Shown here piece by piece: positions 19,702-30,700 of a DNA stretch of 64,000 nucleotides. The DNA comes from Planctomycetota bacterium (GTDB taxonomy: Bacteria; Planctomycetota; UBA1135). The notes beneath the pieces are model-generated. The model had not been told where the DNA came from. It did not search any database and was given only the letters and a program-made list of their open reading frames with translations. Each line of letters begins with the position of its first letter. The stretch's first letter is position 1. Location of the stretch: contig JASFYO010000010.1 of assembly GCA_045047305.1 (NCBI GenBank), positions 1-64,000 on the forward strand, given 5' to 3'. Made by a program: the position numbers and the translations under genes.

Positions 19702-20300
19702 ATGCGCAGTATTTATTTTCGCCTAGCTCCCCATTACGCCATTTTTCCAAACTTGGGGTGGCGGCATTCAGTACGCTACTTTGCTATTGAAGAAGATGGG
19801 GTCCCGCTGGCAGGAGTTGCAAATCGTAATCACATTCAAAACCAGCGTGGCCCCATTAGCCCGATTACAGAACTTGGTAGCGGTGCATACTCTTTTGTAC
19901 TAACCCCAGCAGGAACTGGGGAACACCCCTTGACGGTTCGTTTTGCAGAAGCAAGCTTCCACAGGACTCCGCTTGTCTTAGGTGCTGTACACCCGCATTG
20001 GGGCCAGCCTATGGCTGTTGAAGGGCTTGTGAATACAGCTGGCTATGAAGACGGGATCTCCGTTTCGGCGGACGGAGAATTTTATTCGTTTGGTACGGCG
20101 CGTTTACTTTAGTGACATCGTTTTATTTGGACTGCCCAGGGCAGCCGGCGGATGTCGCGGCAACCGGCTCCTCCCTACCCGATGCTCCCATCCTTCGCTG
20201 GACCACGTCATTGGCCCCGTTGGGGAGCCAAGCCTCGCCAGGCGCAGTCATGGCCGTTATTTATACCTTGTGTATGCGAAAGTAAAAGACAACCATGATC
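19702..20300 (+). pseudogene. Frameshifted remnant of an exported Ig-like + PD40/TolB-like repeat protein
   Basis: Protein-like text (WGQPMAVEGLVNTAGYEDGISVSADGEF) breaks near 20080-20105 and resumes in another frame (YFSDIVLFGLPRAAGGC...). No credible start or end; bounds approximate. Confidence 0.5.
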
Positions 20301-20619
20301 CCAGTGGTATTCCGGACTTGGACTTCCAAGCGGGTTACGTCCTTGAGAGATTAACCCATAGCGGAGGAACTACCGAAGTATCTCTTGTAAAGGCGTCCTC
20401 ATGCATTTCCTCACGCCGCTACTTTTATTCATTCTTGCTGCGCCCAAGGCGACAGCACCGTGGTGGCATTCCACCTGCCTATCCAATTCGAACAAGCCTT
20501 AGAAACCGCGCACTCGGAGCATCGGTCCTACTCATCAAGGGTGCGGTCTTCGGCATCAATCAAGCCAGAGCCCAATGCGCTACCAAGGGACATTGGAGCC
20601 CCATTTGCAAAATGGCAAA

Positions 20620-21075
20620 CTAAGTCTGGACGCAAAACCCAGCCTGCTCCAGTTTTTCTTTTAAAGAAATCATGAATGCCGTATGCCGCTGTGAATCGAA
20701 CTGTTCTGCAGCATCCCAATCATGCAACCAAATGGGTTCCGTGCGCACCTCTTCGGCCTCAGTCGTATACCGCGGAAACAAGTGCGCATGAAGTGCGGGT
20801 TCGATGTTACCAAGCATTTCATAATTGATGCGCAACGCCATAGTAAGCTCCAAAATGGCATCACCCACAGCTGTCATTTCGTAGAGGAAGCACTCACGCG
20901 CGTCTCGATCAAGTGCATTGAGGTGCGGCACCACTGGGTCTGGCAACAACAGGCAATAGCCCGGAACAATTTGAGGATCGCCAAGGATGACCCACCCAGA
21001 CGATAACTTGCAAATCGCGCGCTCGAAAGCACCCACTTGGCACTCACGAACCTGCTGATGTATAGCAGTTGGCAT
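20620..21075 (-). CDS. HIT family hydrolase
   Basis: PGYCLL, RINYEMLGN..PALHAHLFPRY. Confidence 0.85.
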   Translation of the reverse strand: MPTAIHQQVRECQVGAFERAICKLSSGWVILGDPQIVPGYCLLLPDPVVPHLNALDRDARECFLYEMTAVGDAILELTMALRINYEMLGNIEPALHAHLFPRYTTEAEEVRTEPIWLHDWDAAEQFDSQRHTAFMISLKEKLEQAGFCVQT

Positions 21076-21080
21076 AAAGC

Positions 21081-21782
21081 CTAGCTAAAAACGTTGTAAC
21101 GCACGATGTGCCACAAAGCAGCCACACCATCTTTCCATCCGATCTTTTTACCCTCGGCATAATCACGCCCGTAGTAACTAATCGGTACCTCGTATATACG
21201 CACGCGTTTCCCATTCAAACGCTTACGGGCAATCTTTGCAGTAATTTCAGGCTCAAATCCAAAACGATTAGACTTGGTTTCAATGCCCTCCAAAACCTCT
21301 GCCTTGAACACTTTGTAACAAGTCTCCATGTCGGTGAGGTTCAAGTTAGTGAACATGTTCGACGCTAAAGTGAGAAAGTTGTTCGCCATTTGGTGCCAGA
21401 ACAAGTGCACCCGCGACATGCGCGATCCTTTGAAACGGGAACCATAAACCACATCTGCCAAGCCTTTCTTAATCGGCTCCAGGAGAATTGAGTATTCACC
21501 GGGATCGTATTCCAGGTCGGCATCTTGCACCAGCACCACATCGCCGGTGACGTGCTTGAAGCCGGTACGCAGGGCTGCACCTTTACCTTGGTTTACCGAG
21601 TGGTAATGAATGGAAAGATCTTCATCGCCCTCGAGGTCCTTCAAAATGGCGCGAGTGCCATCTTGGGAACAATCGTCGACCAAAATGATTTCCTTTTCAA
21701 ACGGGGTAGCACGCACCCGCTCGATGATATCGAGCAGCGTTTCTTCCTCGTTAAAGATGGGGATTACGACGGAGAGTTTCAC
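21081..21782 (-). CDS. Glycosyltransferase family 2 (DPM1-like)
   Basis: [58 protein letters not shown]. Confidence 0.93.
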   Translation of the reverse strand: MKLSVVIPIFNEEETLLDIIERVRATPFEKEIILVDDCSQDGTRAILKDLEGDEDLSIHYHSVNQGKGAALRTGFKHVTGDVVLVQDADLEYDPGEYSILLEPIKKGLADVVYGSRFKGSRMSRVHLFWHQMANNFLTLASNMFTNLNLTDMETCYKVFKAEVLEGIETKSNRFGFEPEITAKIARKRLNGKRVRIYEVPISYYGRDYAEGKKIGWKDGVAALWHIVRYNVFS

Positions 21783-21785
21783 GGT

Positions 21786-23711
21786 TTACTTCTGAGAGAC
21801 ACTGGCGCGGTACATCATGATGGCAACTCCTGTCATGGCAAAAGCTGTCAAAAATGGCGTAAATGCGCCTTCTAGGTCAGGTAAATCGACCTGGGCTGCC
21901 TTAGGGATGGCAATGAGAACGCCGGCAATTGCTTCACCAGCAATCAACCCGGAGGCTAAGAGTACCCCCTTCTCGTGCCCACGTCCGCGACTTTCCGGAT
22001 TGGCATGCGCGCGACCGGAGAACCAGGCCAACAAGCCGCCGACAAGAATGGCCATACTGAGACCGAGCGGCAAGTACATGCCGACCGCAACTGGCATCAC
22101 GAAGAGGCGGAACTTCGACCGTTTGGGCATCAGGAACAACTGATCGATAACAATGATGATGAGGCCGGCTGTAGCGCCTGCAGCGATGATGCCCCATGGC
22201 AAATCGGCCTCACCAAAGAAGCCTTGCATAAGGGAGGCGAAAAGCTGCGCTTGCGGCGCTTCGAGTGCATGGCCTTGCAATGCTGGCGGGAGGTGCACAT
22301 CGGTGCCAATGCCGTAAGCGTTATGTAAGAGTCCAAGAACTGGTGCCATGACGAAGCTGGCAGTAATTACGCCAATAACTTCCGCCCATTGTTGGCGATA
22401 AGGCGTGGCTCCAATGAGCTGACCAGTTTTCAGATCTTGGCAAACATCGCCAGAAGTGCAAGTTGCACAACACACCACACCGGCCACAGCCATGGTGGCA
22501 AGAATCGCAGTCTCCCCGCTATAGCCGAAGAGGAAAATGACACCCGAAGTCAGGAGCACCGAACAAATGGTCATGCCGCTGACCGGGCTATTCGAACTGC
22601 CAACCAGCCCAACAATGTAACTAGCGACAGCGACAAAGAAGAAGCTACACACCACCATCAGTGGAGTCGCTAGCGCAGCCAGGCCCATGTGCCCGGTGAC
22701 GCGGTAATAAAGGAATAGCACCACCATGCAGGTGGCGGCAATCAGGAACAGCAACCATTTGCGGCTCATATCCTGATCGGTGCGCGGCGGTGGCGCGGCA
22801 TCTTCCATGGCCGCACGGTAACCACCAAAGGTTTCACGCACTCCCTGCGCAATGCCTTTACGGATTTGGATAATCGACCAAAGTCCGCCCACAATCATGG
22901 CGCCAACCCCAAGGAAGCGGACGTCGGCCTTGACCAAACCAAACAATTCGGGCGCATCGAGAGCCACTCCGTAATCGGAAGTCGCAGTTAAATAGGGTGC
23001 TGCAATCAACCAAGAAATCGCGCCACCGACAAAGACCAGCAACGAAATATTGAGGCCGACGATGTATCCCACCGCAATTAAGGCTGGCGACGCGGTGAAG
23101 CCTCCGAACACACGTGCGCCGAAAATAGTCCAAGCACCAGAAAGGTCAGCAGTCAATAAACGCAGACCGTTAGTCAGGATTTGAATGAAGGTTCCGACAC
23201 CCAGAGCGGCGAACACTATCTTCATGCCACTGCCACCCTCTTCACCCGCGCGCAACACTTTCGAACACGCGACACCTTCTGGGTAAATGAGATCTTTGTC
23301 CTCCACAATCATGGGACGGCGCAATGGGATCATAAACAGCACACCCAACATGCCGCCGGTCATCGAAATCAGGGTTGTGGTCCAGAAATCGAAGTCGCTC
23401 CACACCCCAGCAATCACCAAAGCCGGCATGGTAAAGATGATTCCCGCCGCTAAGGACTCCCCTGCCGAAGCGATGGTTTGCACGATGTTGTTCTCGTGAA
23501 TCGTGCCACGCTTGAAGACTCCCTTGAGCAATCCCATGGAGATGACAGCGGCCGGAATCGAAGCGCTGACGGTCATGCCCGCGAACAGTCCAAGATACAC
23601 ATTCGCCAGCGACATACCGAGGCCGACCACAATGCCGAGGCCAATGGCTAGACCAGTGAATTCGGCCGTAGGGATCTTGTCGCGTTGATTTACGGGGTCC
23701 TCAGACTGCAT
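21786..23711 (-). CDS. OPT family oligopeptide transporter
   Basis: YLGLFAGMTVSASIPAAVIS, ENNIVQTIASAGE, YPEGVA, SSNSPVSG, QDLKTG, APQA. Confidence 0.93.
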   Translation of the reverse strand: MQSEDPVNQRDKIPTAEFTGLAIGLGIVVGLGMSLANVYLGLFAGMTVSASIPAAVISMGLLKGVFKRGTIHENNIVQTIASAGESLAAGIIFTMPALVIAGVWSDFDFWTTTLISMTGGMLGVLFMIPLRRPMIVEDKDLIYPEGVACSKVLRAGEEGGSGMKIVFAALGVGTFIQILTNGLRLLTADLSGAWTIFGARVFGGFTASPALIAVGYIVGLNISLLVFVGGAISWLIAAPYLTATSDYGVALDAPELFGLVKADVRFLGVGAMIVGGLWSIIQIRKGIAQGVRETFGGYRAAMEDAAPPPRTDQDMSRKWLLFLIAATCMVVLFLYYRVTGHMGLAALATPLMVVCSFFFVAVASYIVGLVGSSNSPVSGMTICSVLLTSGVIFLFGYSGETAILATMAVAGVVCCATCTSGDVCQDLKTGQLIGATPYRQQWAEVIGVITASFVMAPVLGLLHNAYGIGTDVHLPPALQGHALEAPQAQLFASLMQGFFGEADLPWGIIAAGATAGLIIIVIDQLFLMPKRSKFRLFVMPVAVGMYLPLGLSMAILVGGLLAWFSGRAHANPESRGRGHEKGVLLASGLIAGEAIAGVLIAIPKAAQVDLPDLEGAFTPFLTAFAMTGVAIMMYRASVSQK

Positions 23712-23769
23712 CTAGGGATTGTAGAGAATCGAGAGTTATGATGGAGGCCCAGAACCCTGGACCTTAGTC

Positions 23770-24759
23770 ATGCGCCTTTCCTCTCAAATCCTTCACGCCG
23801 CCGCGTTGCTTAGCTGTAGCCTTCTCCTAACCGCCTGCAGGGAAAGCCATGTAAGCCCTCGGAGCCAAATTGAGATCGATTTAGCCCAGGGACATGCCCC
23901 AGCCTTTGATGAGGAACGTGCTTTCACAGACCTTCGCTTTCTTTGTGAAGCAATTGGTCCGCGCAGGATTGGAACCAAGGGATTGGAACGAACGACAACC
24001 TGGCTACAAGAAAATTTAGCGAAACTCAACGGTTGGGATGTGAGCCTAGACTATTTCAAAGCTCAACCACCTGTAGGCGCGCGGCGCAAAAGTGAGATAT
24101 CCGGGGTGAATGTTTTAGCCCGACGCGAAGGGACAACTGCAGGCGAGGTTTGGATTTGCAGTCATTACGATACTTACGACTACCCTGGCTTTATGGGCGC
24201 CAATGATGGAGGCAGCTCTACGGTGGTGCTATTAGAACTCGCACGCCAGCTAGCCGGCGAAGGGAAACACAATGGTCAGACAATAGTGCTTGCTTGGTTT
24301 GACGGCGAAGAGCGCTTCCCCCCTATTCCGTGGGATGACTTCACCAACTCGACCTTTGGGAGTCAAAATCTCGCGCAACGAATGTTTGAAGATGAAAGCA
24401 TCCGTGCCATTTCAGCACTCATTCTGATTGACATGATTGGCGATTCCAAACTTGGGGTGATCAAGGAGAAATCTTCCGACCCTAAGCTAAAGCGGATTAT
24501 GGAATTGACTGCTGGCGCTTTGGACGATCCCAATCTGTTTGTTGGCCAACGGGACATTCAAGATGACCATATTCACTTTCGCAGGCGCAATGTCCCTTCC
24601 GTTAATCTAATTGACTTCAACTTTGGGCCTGGCAATTCTTATTGGCATACGCGGGAAGACAACATGAAACACGTAAGTGCCAAATCGCTTGGCCGGATTG
24701 GACGTTTGCTACTTGCTGCCCTGCCACTTGTGGAGCGGGAGTTTCATCCGCGGGATTAG
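23770..24759 (+). CDS. M28-family lipoprotein, glutaminyl-peptide cyclotransferase-like
   Basis: Lipobox LTAC; SHYDT, GANDG, FDGEE, DMIGD, QDDH, YWHT..D motifs. Confidence 0.78.
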   Translation: MRLSSQILHAAALLSCSLLLTACRESHVSPRSQIEIDLAQGHAPAFDEERAFTDLRFLCEAIGPRRIGTKGLERTTTWLQENLAKLNGWDVSLDYFKAQPPVGARRKSEISGVNVLARREGTTAGEVWICSHYDTYDYPGFMGANDGGSSTVVLLELARQLAGEGKHNGQTIVLAWFDGEERFPPIPWDDFTNSTFGSQNLAQRMFEDESIRAISALILIDMIGDSKLGVIKEKSSDPKLKRIMELTAGALDDPNLFVGQRDIQDDHIHFRRRNVPSVNLIDFNFGPGNSYWHTREDNMKHVSAKSLGRIGRLLLAALPLVEREFHPRD

Positions 24760-24860
24760 CCGCCGTCGACGGAGCTGATGAATCCTTAGCTCAGCTCAAC
24801 TCTTAATGCGCAGTGAGATGCCCTGGGGATGATGCCGGCACTAGGATCCGGCAACAATCT

Positions 24861-24898
24861 TGGCGTTGCCCAAATCTCCTGGCGTTACCCAAATCTCC
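24861..24898. repeat. Tandem 19-bp direct repeat (2 copies, 1 mismatch)
   Basis: tggcgttgcccaaatctcc / tggcgttacccaaatctcc. Confidence 0.85.
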
Positions 24899-24988
24899 GT
24901 ATTCCTAACAAGGAGACAAATGGCTTGTTTCATGCCCCTTGAGGGCCGGTGGAGCAAAGCGGAATCGACCCCACAAGGGAGTACAGAA

Positions 24989-25339
24989 ATGCGTTTCAGG
25001 CGCTCCGCTATTAAAATAATGCTAGAGGGCCTGGTGATAGGTGTCATCACTGGATTTATTGGAGTCGGTGATGGATTCCTAATTATCTCAGCTTTAGTTT
25101 TGCTTGGCAGACTTGCTATGCGCCGCGCAGTTGGAACTAGCTTGTTCAGCATTACGCTAAAGACCTCCTCTGGATTTAGCAAATACTTGAATCTCCTCCA
25201 TGACCAAGGTCTCGAACTCGACTGGGAAATCCTAGGAATTTTCTCTGTACGAGGAATCTTGGGACGCTTCGCAGGAACTGTCATCAGCTCCAAGCTACTT
25301 CAAGACCGTCTGAACAGGCCTTTGCATTCTTCCTATTAA
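24989..25339 (+). pseudogene. C-terminal remnant of a TauE/SafE sulfite exporter
   Basis: GVITGFIGVGDGFLIISALVLLGRLAMRRAVGTSL matches the second TauE repeat with degenerate substitutions; N-terminal half is absent. Confidence 0.68.
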
Positions 25340-25539
25340 GTTGGCTTTCTAATCGTCGCGTAAACCTGATCCGAGTTGACCAACTAACGCGCTGAAACGA
25401 ACACTCTTTATCCTCACATAAACTTCACAAAAAGATAGGATTTGGCACAAGCGCAGAAGTCAAAAAAAATATAAATTCTCTGAACCAAACTTGAGTGAGA
25501 TCCGTTTCATAGTGCTAATCAGGTCCCCAAACCTTAGAC

Positions 25540-27720
25540 ATGCTCCTCCTAACCGCACTGCTTTCGCCTCTCTTCTTCCCACAAGAGCCAGCTCCTCAGG
25601 AAGCGGAATCCACCGAGGTGCAAACTTCGGAAACGCAACAAAAGCCTTCACTCTATTCCGCCAAGGAAATTGTTGTCATTGCAACTAGGCTTGCAGAGGA
25701 TCTTTTTGAGGTCCCTCGTTCGGTCAACATCATTGACGCACAGGACATAAAGGAGCGCACACCACGGACTGCAGCAGAAGCCTTACGCCAGCAGCCTGGA
25801 ATCTGGATCCAACGTACTGGGCATTCTGGTGGAGCCCCCATTATTCGCGGTTTTATGGGCAAACGCGTTATCTATATGTTCGATGGCATCCGTCGCAACA
25901 CGGCCAGTCTTTTCAACGGCCCAAACGGTTTCTTGGGCACGGTCGACGCCCTCGACATTGACCGGATTGAGGTTCTACGCGGCCCCGGCTCGGTCCTTTA
26001 CGGTTCCGATGCGATTGGTGGTGTCATCAACGTGGTCACCAATGAAAAACCTCTCTACACCGATGGTGGCATTTCAACCGGTGGACGCTTCCATACTCGG
26101 TTTGCAAGCGCCGACCATGAAGCCTCCGCCCGCACCGAGGCTTATATTGCTGGCCAGGACGCTTACGCTTTTTTAGGCGCAACACGTCGCAGTATTGCAG
26201 ACGTAACTTCCGGGCGCGGAGGTGGCCTTCAAGACCCCAGCTCTTGGCATGAGACCAACTTTGACATCGAAGGTGGATATCGCTTGAGTGACAAACAAGA
26301 CTTACAGATTTTCGCGCAAAGCTATGACCGCCCAGATGGCACTCGCTACGACAAGCCGACACGAGTCACAAGTAACAAACGGAACCTCTATGGCCTACGT
26401 TATCGTGCCACTGATTTGGCCTTCACCGATCAGGCCACGATGACTGCGTATTACCATCGACAGGAAAAACTAAACGATGATCCAACCCGTGATTCACTCT
26501 CTCTAGACACATCCATGGGGCTCGATCTCCAACTCGAAAACGCCTTAGGCAATGGTGGTTCTCGTCTGGTTTACGGCCTTTCCGCGATTGCTGACGACGT
26601 TCAGAAGAGTAATCCACAAGGCGGTACACGCGACCCCGAAGCCTCTTGGTCGGACGTGGCAGCCTTCGCCCTCACCGAGATGTACGTCACTGATACAGTT
26701 CGTATCGACGTTGGTGTCCGAGTCGACCGCACGCGCTTGAAGTTTGACAACCTCCCACTCAATGAACTTGACACCCTAGTGCAAGATGCCATCAGCAATG
26801 GTGAACTTTCTCTTTCTGATCTCGCGCTTGAGAATACGAATACTGCACTAACCGGAGGTATTGGTCTTAGCTGGTTCCTCAACGATGACTTAGCAGTTTT
26901 CACCAACTTAAGCCGAGCATTTCGCGCGCCCAATAAGAGCGACCTATTCAGCTTTGGCCCCTTCACCAATGGCTTTAACGTTCCATCCCCCAAGGTCGAT
27001 CCTGAGTCAGCCTGGAGTTACGAACTTGGCATGCGTGGACAGTCTCATGACTCTGCATGGAGCGCGACTGGCTTTTACACCGAACTCGACAATGCCATCG
27101 TTTCGGAGCCAGGCACTTTTAATGGCGACTCCTTCATTGACCTCGATGGAAACGGAACACTGGATCCGGGCGAAGAAGTTTATGTGAAAAGGAACTCCAC
27201 CGACAAGGTTACGGTCCAGGGTGTTGAACTCCAAGGCACCCAATACCTCCCGACTCGCTGGACCCGCTCCTTGTTGAGCCATGGTGTGGTTTCGGTCTAC
27301 GGAAATGCCTCTTGGATTGACGGCAAGAATCAAGCTACCGATGGCCCGCCTGACCGTCTCTTCCCGACCAATGCACTACTCGGTGTGCGTTGGGAAAACT
27401 CCCGCAATCCACGGGAACGAACCACTTGGGTTAGTTTTGAATCCTGGATGGTCGATAGCTTTGACGACATTGCGGCTTCCCGTGCTGGCGATCCGGCCTT
27501 CAAAAATGACCCGCAGGACAGAGGTTCCGGCCTTCTGGCTCCGGGCCCCCGGGTTCCAGGCTTCTCCGTCTTCACCTTGAGGGGTGGAGTCCAACTCAAC
27601 CAGCGAGTTTCCTTGACACTCGTTGTCGAAAACCTCGGCGACCGCCTTTACCGCGTAAAAGACTCCCGGATCGACGCACCGGGGATTAACTTCGTGGCGG
27701 CCGTGGATATCCTTCTCTAA
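25540..27720 (+). CDS. TonB-dependent receptor (plug + barrel)
   Basis: EIVVIATR TonB-box region, IDRIEVLRGPGSVLYGSDAIGGVINVVT plug signature, AFRAP, ENLGDRLY...PGINF. Confidence 0.93.
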   Translation: MLLLTALLSPLFFPQEPAPQEAESTEVQTSETQQKPSLYSAKEIVVIATRLAEDLFEVPRSVNIIDAQDIKERTPRTAAEALRQQPGIWIQRTGHSGGAPIIRGFMGKRVIYMFDGIRRNTASLFNGPNGFLGTVDALDIDRIEVLRGPGSVLYGSDAIGGVINVVTNEKPLYTDGGISTGGRFHTRFASADHEASARTEAYIAGQDAYAFLGATRRSIADVTSGRGGGLQDPSSWHETNFDIEGGYRLSDKQDLQIFAQSYDRPDGTRYDKPTRVTSNKRNLYGLRYRATDLAFTDQATMTAYYHRQEKLNDDPTRDSLSLDTSMGLDLQLENALGNGGSRLVYGLSAIADDVQKSNPQGGTRDPEASWSDVAAFALTEMYVTDTVRIDVGVRVDRTRLKFDNLPLNELDTLVQDAISNGELSLSDLALENTNTALTGGIGLSWFLNDDLAVFTNLSRAFRAPNKSDLFSFGPFTNGFNVPSPKVDPESAWSYELGMRGQSHDSAWSATGFYTELDNAIVSEPGTFNGDSFIDLDGNGTLDPGEEVYVKRNSTDKVTVQGVELQGTQYLPTRWTRSLLSHGVVSVYGNASWIDGKNQATDGPPDRLFPTNALLGVRWENSRNPRERTTWVSFESWMVDSFDDIAASRAGDPAFKNDPQDRGSGLLAPGPRVPGFSVFTLRGGVQLNQRVSLTLVVENLGDRLYRVKDSRIDAPGINFVAAVDILL

Positions 27721-30700
27721 TGAGAAAGATGGATTTTGCGGGTAGGGTACTTGGGTTGTTCCTACCCGCATTTTTTTTCGGATTGCTCGCCTCTACCTTG
27801 GCGGCACAGGAACCAGATTCTCCATTAACCACCTCTGACGAAAGCCAGCACCATGCTGTTTTTCTCGGAGTCTGGGACCGTGCCCAACCTTTATTGGATC
27901 GAGTGGGCCCGAAGGCAGGTTTCAAGGTCGAATTCCATAACGACCACGACTTAGGACAGCTCAATGTCGAATCTCTCGCCAAGGCAGATCTCATCTTGGT
28001 GCTCAATTTGCGCCCCGAAGAAGCCTCTGCACTGACTCAAGCCTTAAGGGAGCTACGCCGCGCAAGGCCGCAAATACCGATTCTTGCCTTAGACCAACGC
28101 GATTCGCAAAAAGGTTTAGAGAGCAAGTCCTTATTGTCGCGCGACGCCACCTTGCAATCTTATTGGAGGAATGGTGGCAGTGAAAACTATCGGCGCATGT
28201 TTAGCTACCTGGGCTTCGCCTATCTAAACGACGGCCAAAAACCACTCCCACCAGCAGTCATCCCAGAGAGCGGAATTTGGCATCCTGCTGCGAGCGATTT
28301 ATTCACGACTGCGGAATCCTTCCTCGCGTGGCAAAAGAGCCGCCCGAATGCCCCGCAAGGCCCTCACATCACCCTTGCCACGCAACGAAGCTTTGTATTA
28401 CTAGAAGATATTAAAGTGCACAAGGCTATGGTGGAAGAACTTGAATCGCGTGGCCTTCAAGTTGCGGTCATGTTCTCTGCCGACCAGAAAACTTTTATGG
28501 ACATGCTGCGGCAATGGAAACCGCAAGTGTTATTAGACGATGGCCACGCATCCCCCATGTTGCTCGCCGGAGCTAAGGAACTTGACATTCCGCAAATGAA
28601 AGTCATTTCCATGCTTCGATCCACCCTTGAAGAATGGCGTGCATCGCCCCTTGGCCTGGAACCGGGCGATGTCGGTTTGCATCTCATTAGCCAAGAGGTC
28701 TATGGCATTGCAGATCCCCAAATCGTAGGTGGAATCGAAGCACACCTTAGTGGATACCGAATCCATCAACCGGAAAAGGAACGCATTGCTCACATGGTCG
28801 ACCGCGTTCTTGCATGGCTCGCTTTACGCAGTAAGTCCAATCAAAAAAAACGCATTGCGGTTATTTATTATCACAAATCTCTAGGCGGCGGCGACTTAAC
28901 CCGTGGCAGTCCCAGTGGCGCATTCCTCGATGGACCAGAAAGCCTTTACCGTTTCCTTCTCGCCATGCGCGATGCTGGATACAAGGTGGACCCGATGCCT
29001 AAGAACGCCGAGGAACTCCTCCAGTGGATGCGCCAAAGGGGACGCAACGTGGGCGTTTGGGCAGATGGCGACAAAAAGAAGCTGGTCGAAGAAGGTGATC
29101 CAATCCTTTGGCCGATGGCTTCCTACCGCAAATGGTTCCAAAAGCTACCCGCCAAAACCCAAGAAGAAGTCCTTACCGCTCATGGCTCCCCGCCTGGCGT
29201 GCAAATGGCGTGGCGTGAAAACCAAAAGGACTATTTTATTATCCCACGCATAGATCTGGGTGGAGTCGTTTTACTTCCGCAGCCGGCAAGAGGGCCTGAG
29301 AATGACCCTAAACTCCTGCATGCACGCGATATTCCTCCACCCCATCAGTACCTGGCCACCTATGCGTGGCTGCAAAACGACGCCAAAGTCGACGCTCTCA
29401 TTCACTTTGGCACCCACGGTTCCGAATTGCTTCTTCCCCTGCGTGGCTCCGGCTTGGGCCCCACCGATTTTGGTGACCGCATTTTGGGTCGTCTTCCCAA
29501 TATCACTCCCTGGATTTTGGACAATGTTGCGGAAGCTACATTAGCCAAACGTCGCGCCTATGCGGTCCTTGTCGATCACCAGGTTCCTGCTTATGAAGCC
29601 TCTGGCCTGTCGCCCGAGCTCCTCCTTTTGCAGGGAGATCTGCAAAAATTTGGCGACATGGAAGATGGCATGGTGCGCAATCGCTACCGCGACAGCATCC
29701 TAGAAACTGCAGCTAAGAATGGTCTTCCCGTCCCTGACCATGCGGAAGATTTCACGGCTGAATCCGCGCGCGAACTCCTAGAGGAAGTTGAAAATATTCG
29801 TGAGCGCGTGGCCCCCATGCACCTTCACATTCTTGGCCAGCCAGCGCAAAGAGATCGCCTCATCGCCATGGCCACAACCATGCTGGGGACCGGTTTCCGG
29901 CAGGATTATGCGAGTCGCGAAGAAGCCGAAGATGCCGTACGCCATGCCATAGACTCGAATGAGGAATTTCCTGCGGAGAGTTGGCAAGGAAAGGCGCAAA
30001 TCTACCAGCAACGTCTCTCCGACACCGATGATGAAATTCTTAATGTCCTGCACGCACTCGATGGTTCCTTTGTGCCACCCGGTCCGGGCAATGACCCACT
30101 GCGTAATCCCTCTGCGGTCCCCACGGGGCGCAATCTTTACGCCCTAAACCCAGAGGAAATCCCCACCCCTACGGCTTGGGCAATCGGGGTCGAACTGGGT
30201 GACAAATTGCTCGAACGCGGCCCTCTCAAAAAGGTTGCCTTCGATCTCAACGCCTTTGAAACCATGCGCGACTATGGCGTTATGGAGGCTGAAATCCTCT
30301 ACCTCATGGGAGTGCGGCCTATTTGGGATGAAAACGGTCTAGCCGCAGAAGTTGAGGTGATTCCGCACGAAGAATTGGGCCGCCCACGGGTCGACGTATT
30401 CATTGCCATTAGTGGCGCGATGCGCGACAACTTCCCTTCCCGTGTGCGCTTGTTTGATCAGGCCGCACGTATGGTTGCCGCTCTAGACGAGCCAGAAAAC
30501 GAGGTGCGCATAGCAACCCTAAAACGGGAGCAAGTGCTCCTTGGTGAAGGTTTCGCGCCGATACAAGCCAAGCGTTTATCCGCTGCCCGCGTATTTGGGC
30601 AAAAGCCTGGCGAATATGGAACGCGCATTCTATACATGGTTCCGAAATCTGGTTCCTGGGATTCCAATGAAGAAATTGCCAGTGTTTACATGGACACGAT

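Noticed and set aside
24861..24898. CRISPR or IS end at the 19-bp repeat
   Set aside because: Only two abutting copies, no spacer, and no cas or transposase gene.
25496..25509. Imperfect palindrome TGAGATCCGTTTCA as a Fur-like box
   Set aside because: Spacing does not fit the 7-1-7 pattern and it is a single weak instance.
25340..25539. Cobalamin riboswitch upstream of the TonB receptor/CobN operon
   Set aside because: No recognisable B12-box or conserved GGGAA/GCCACTG elements; an Rfam scan would be decisive.
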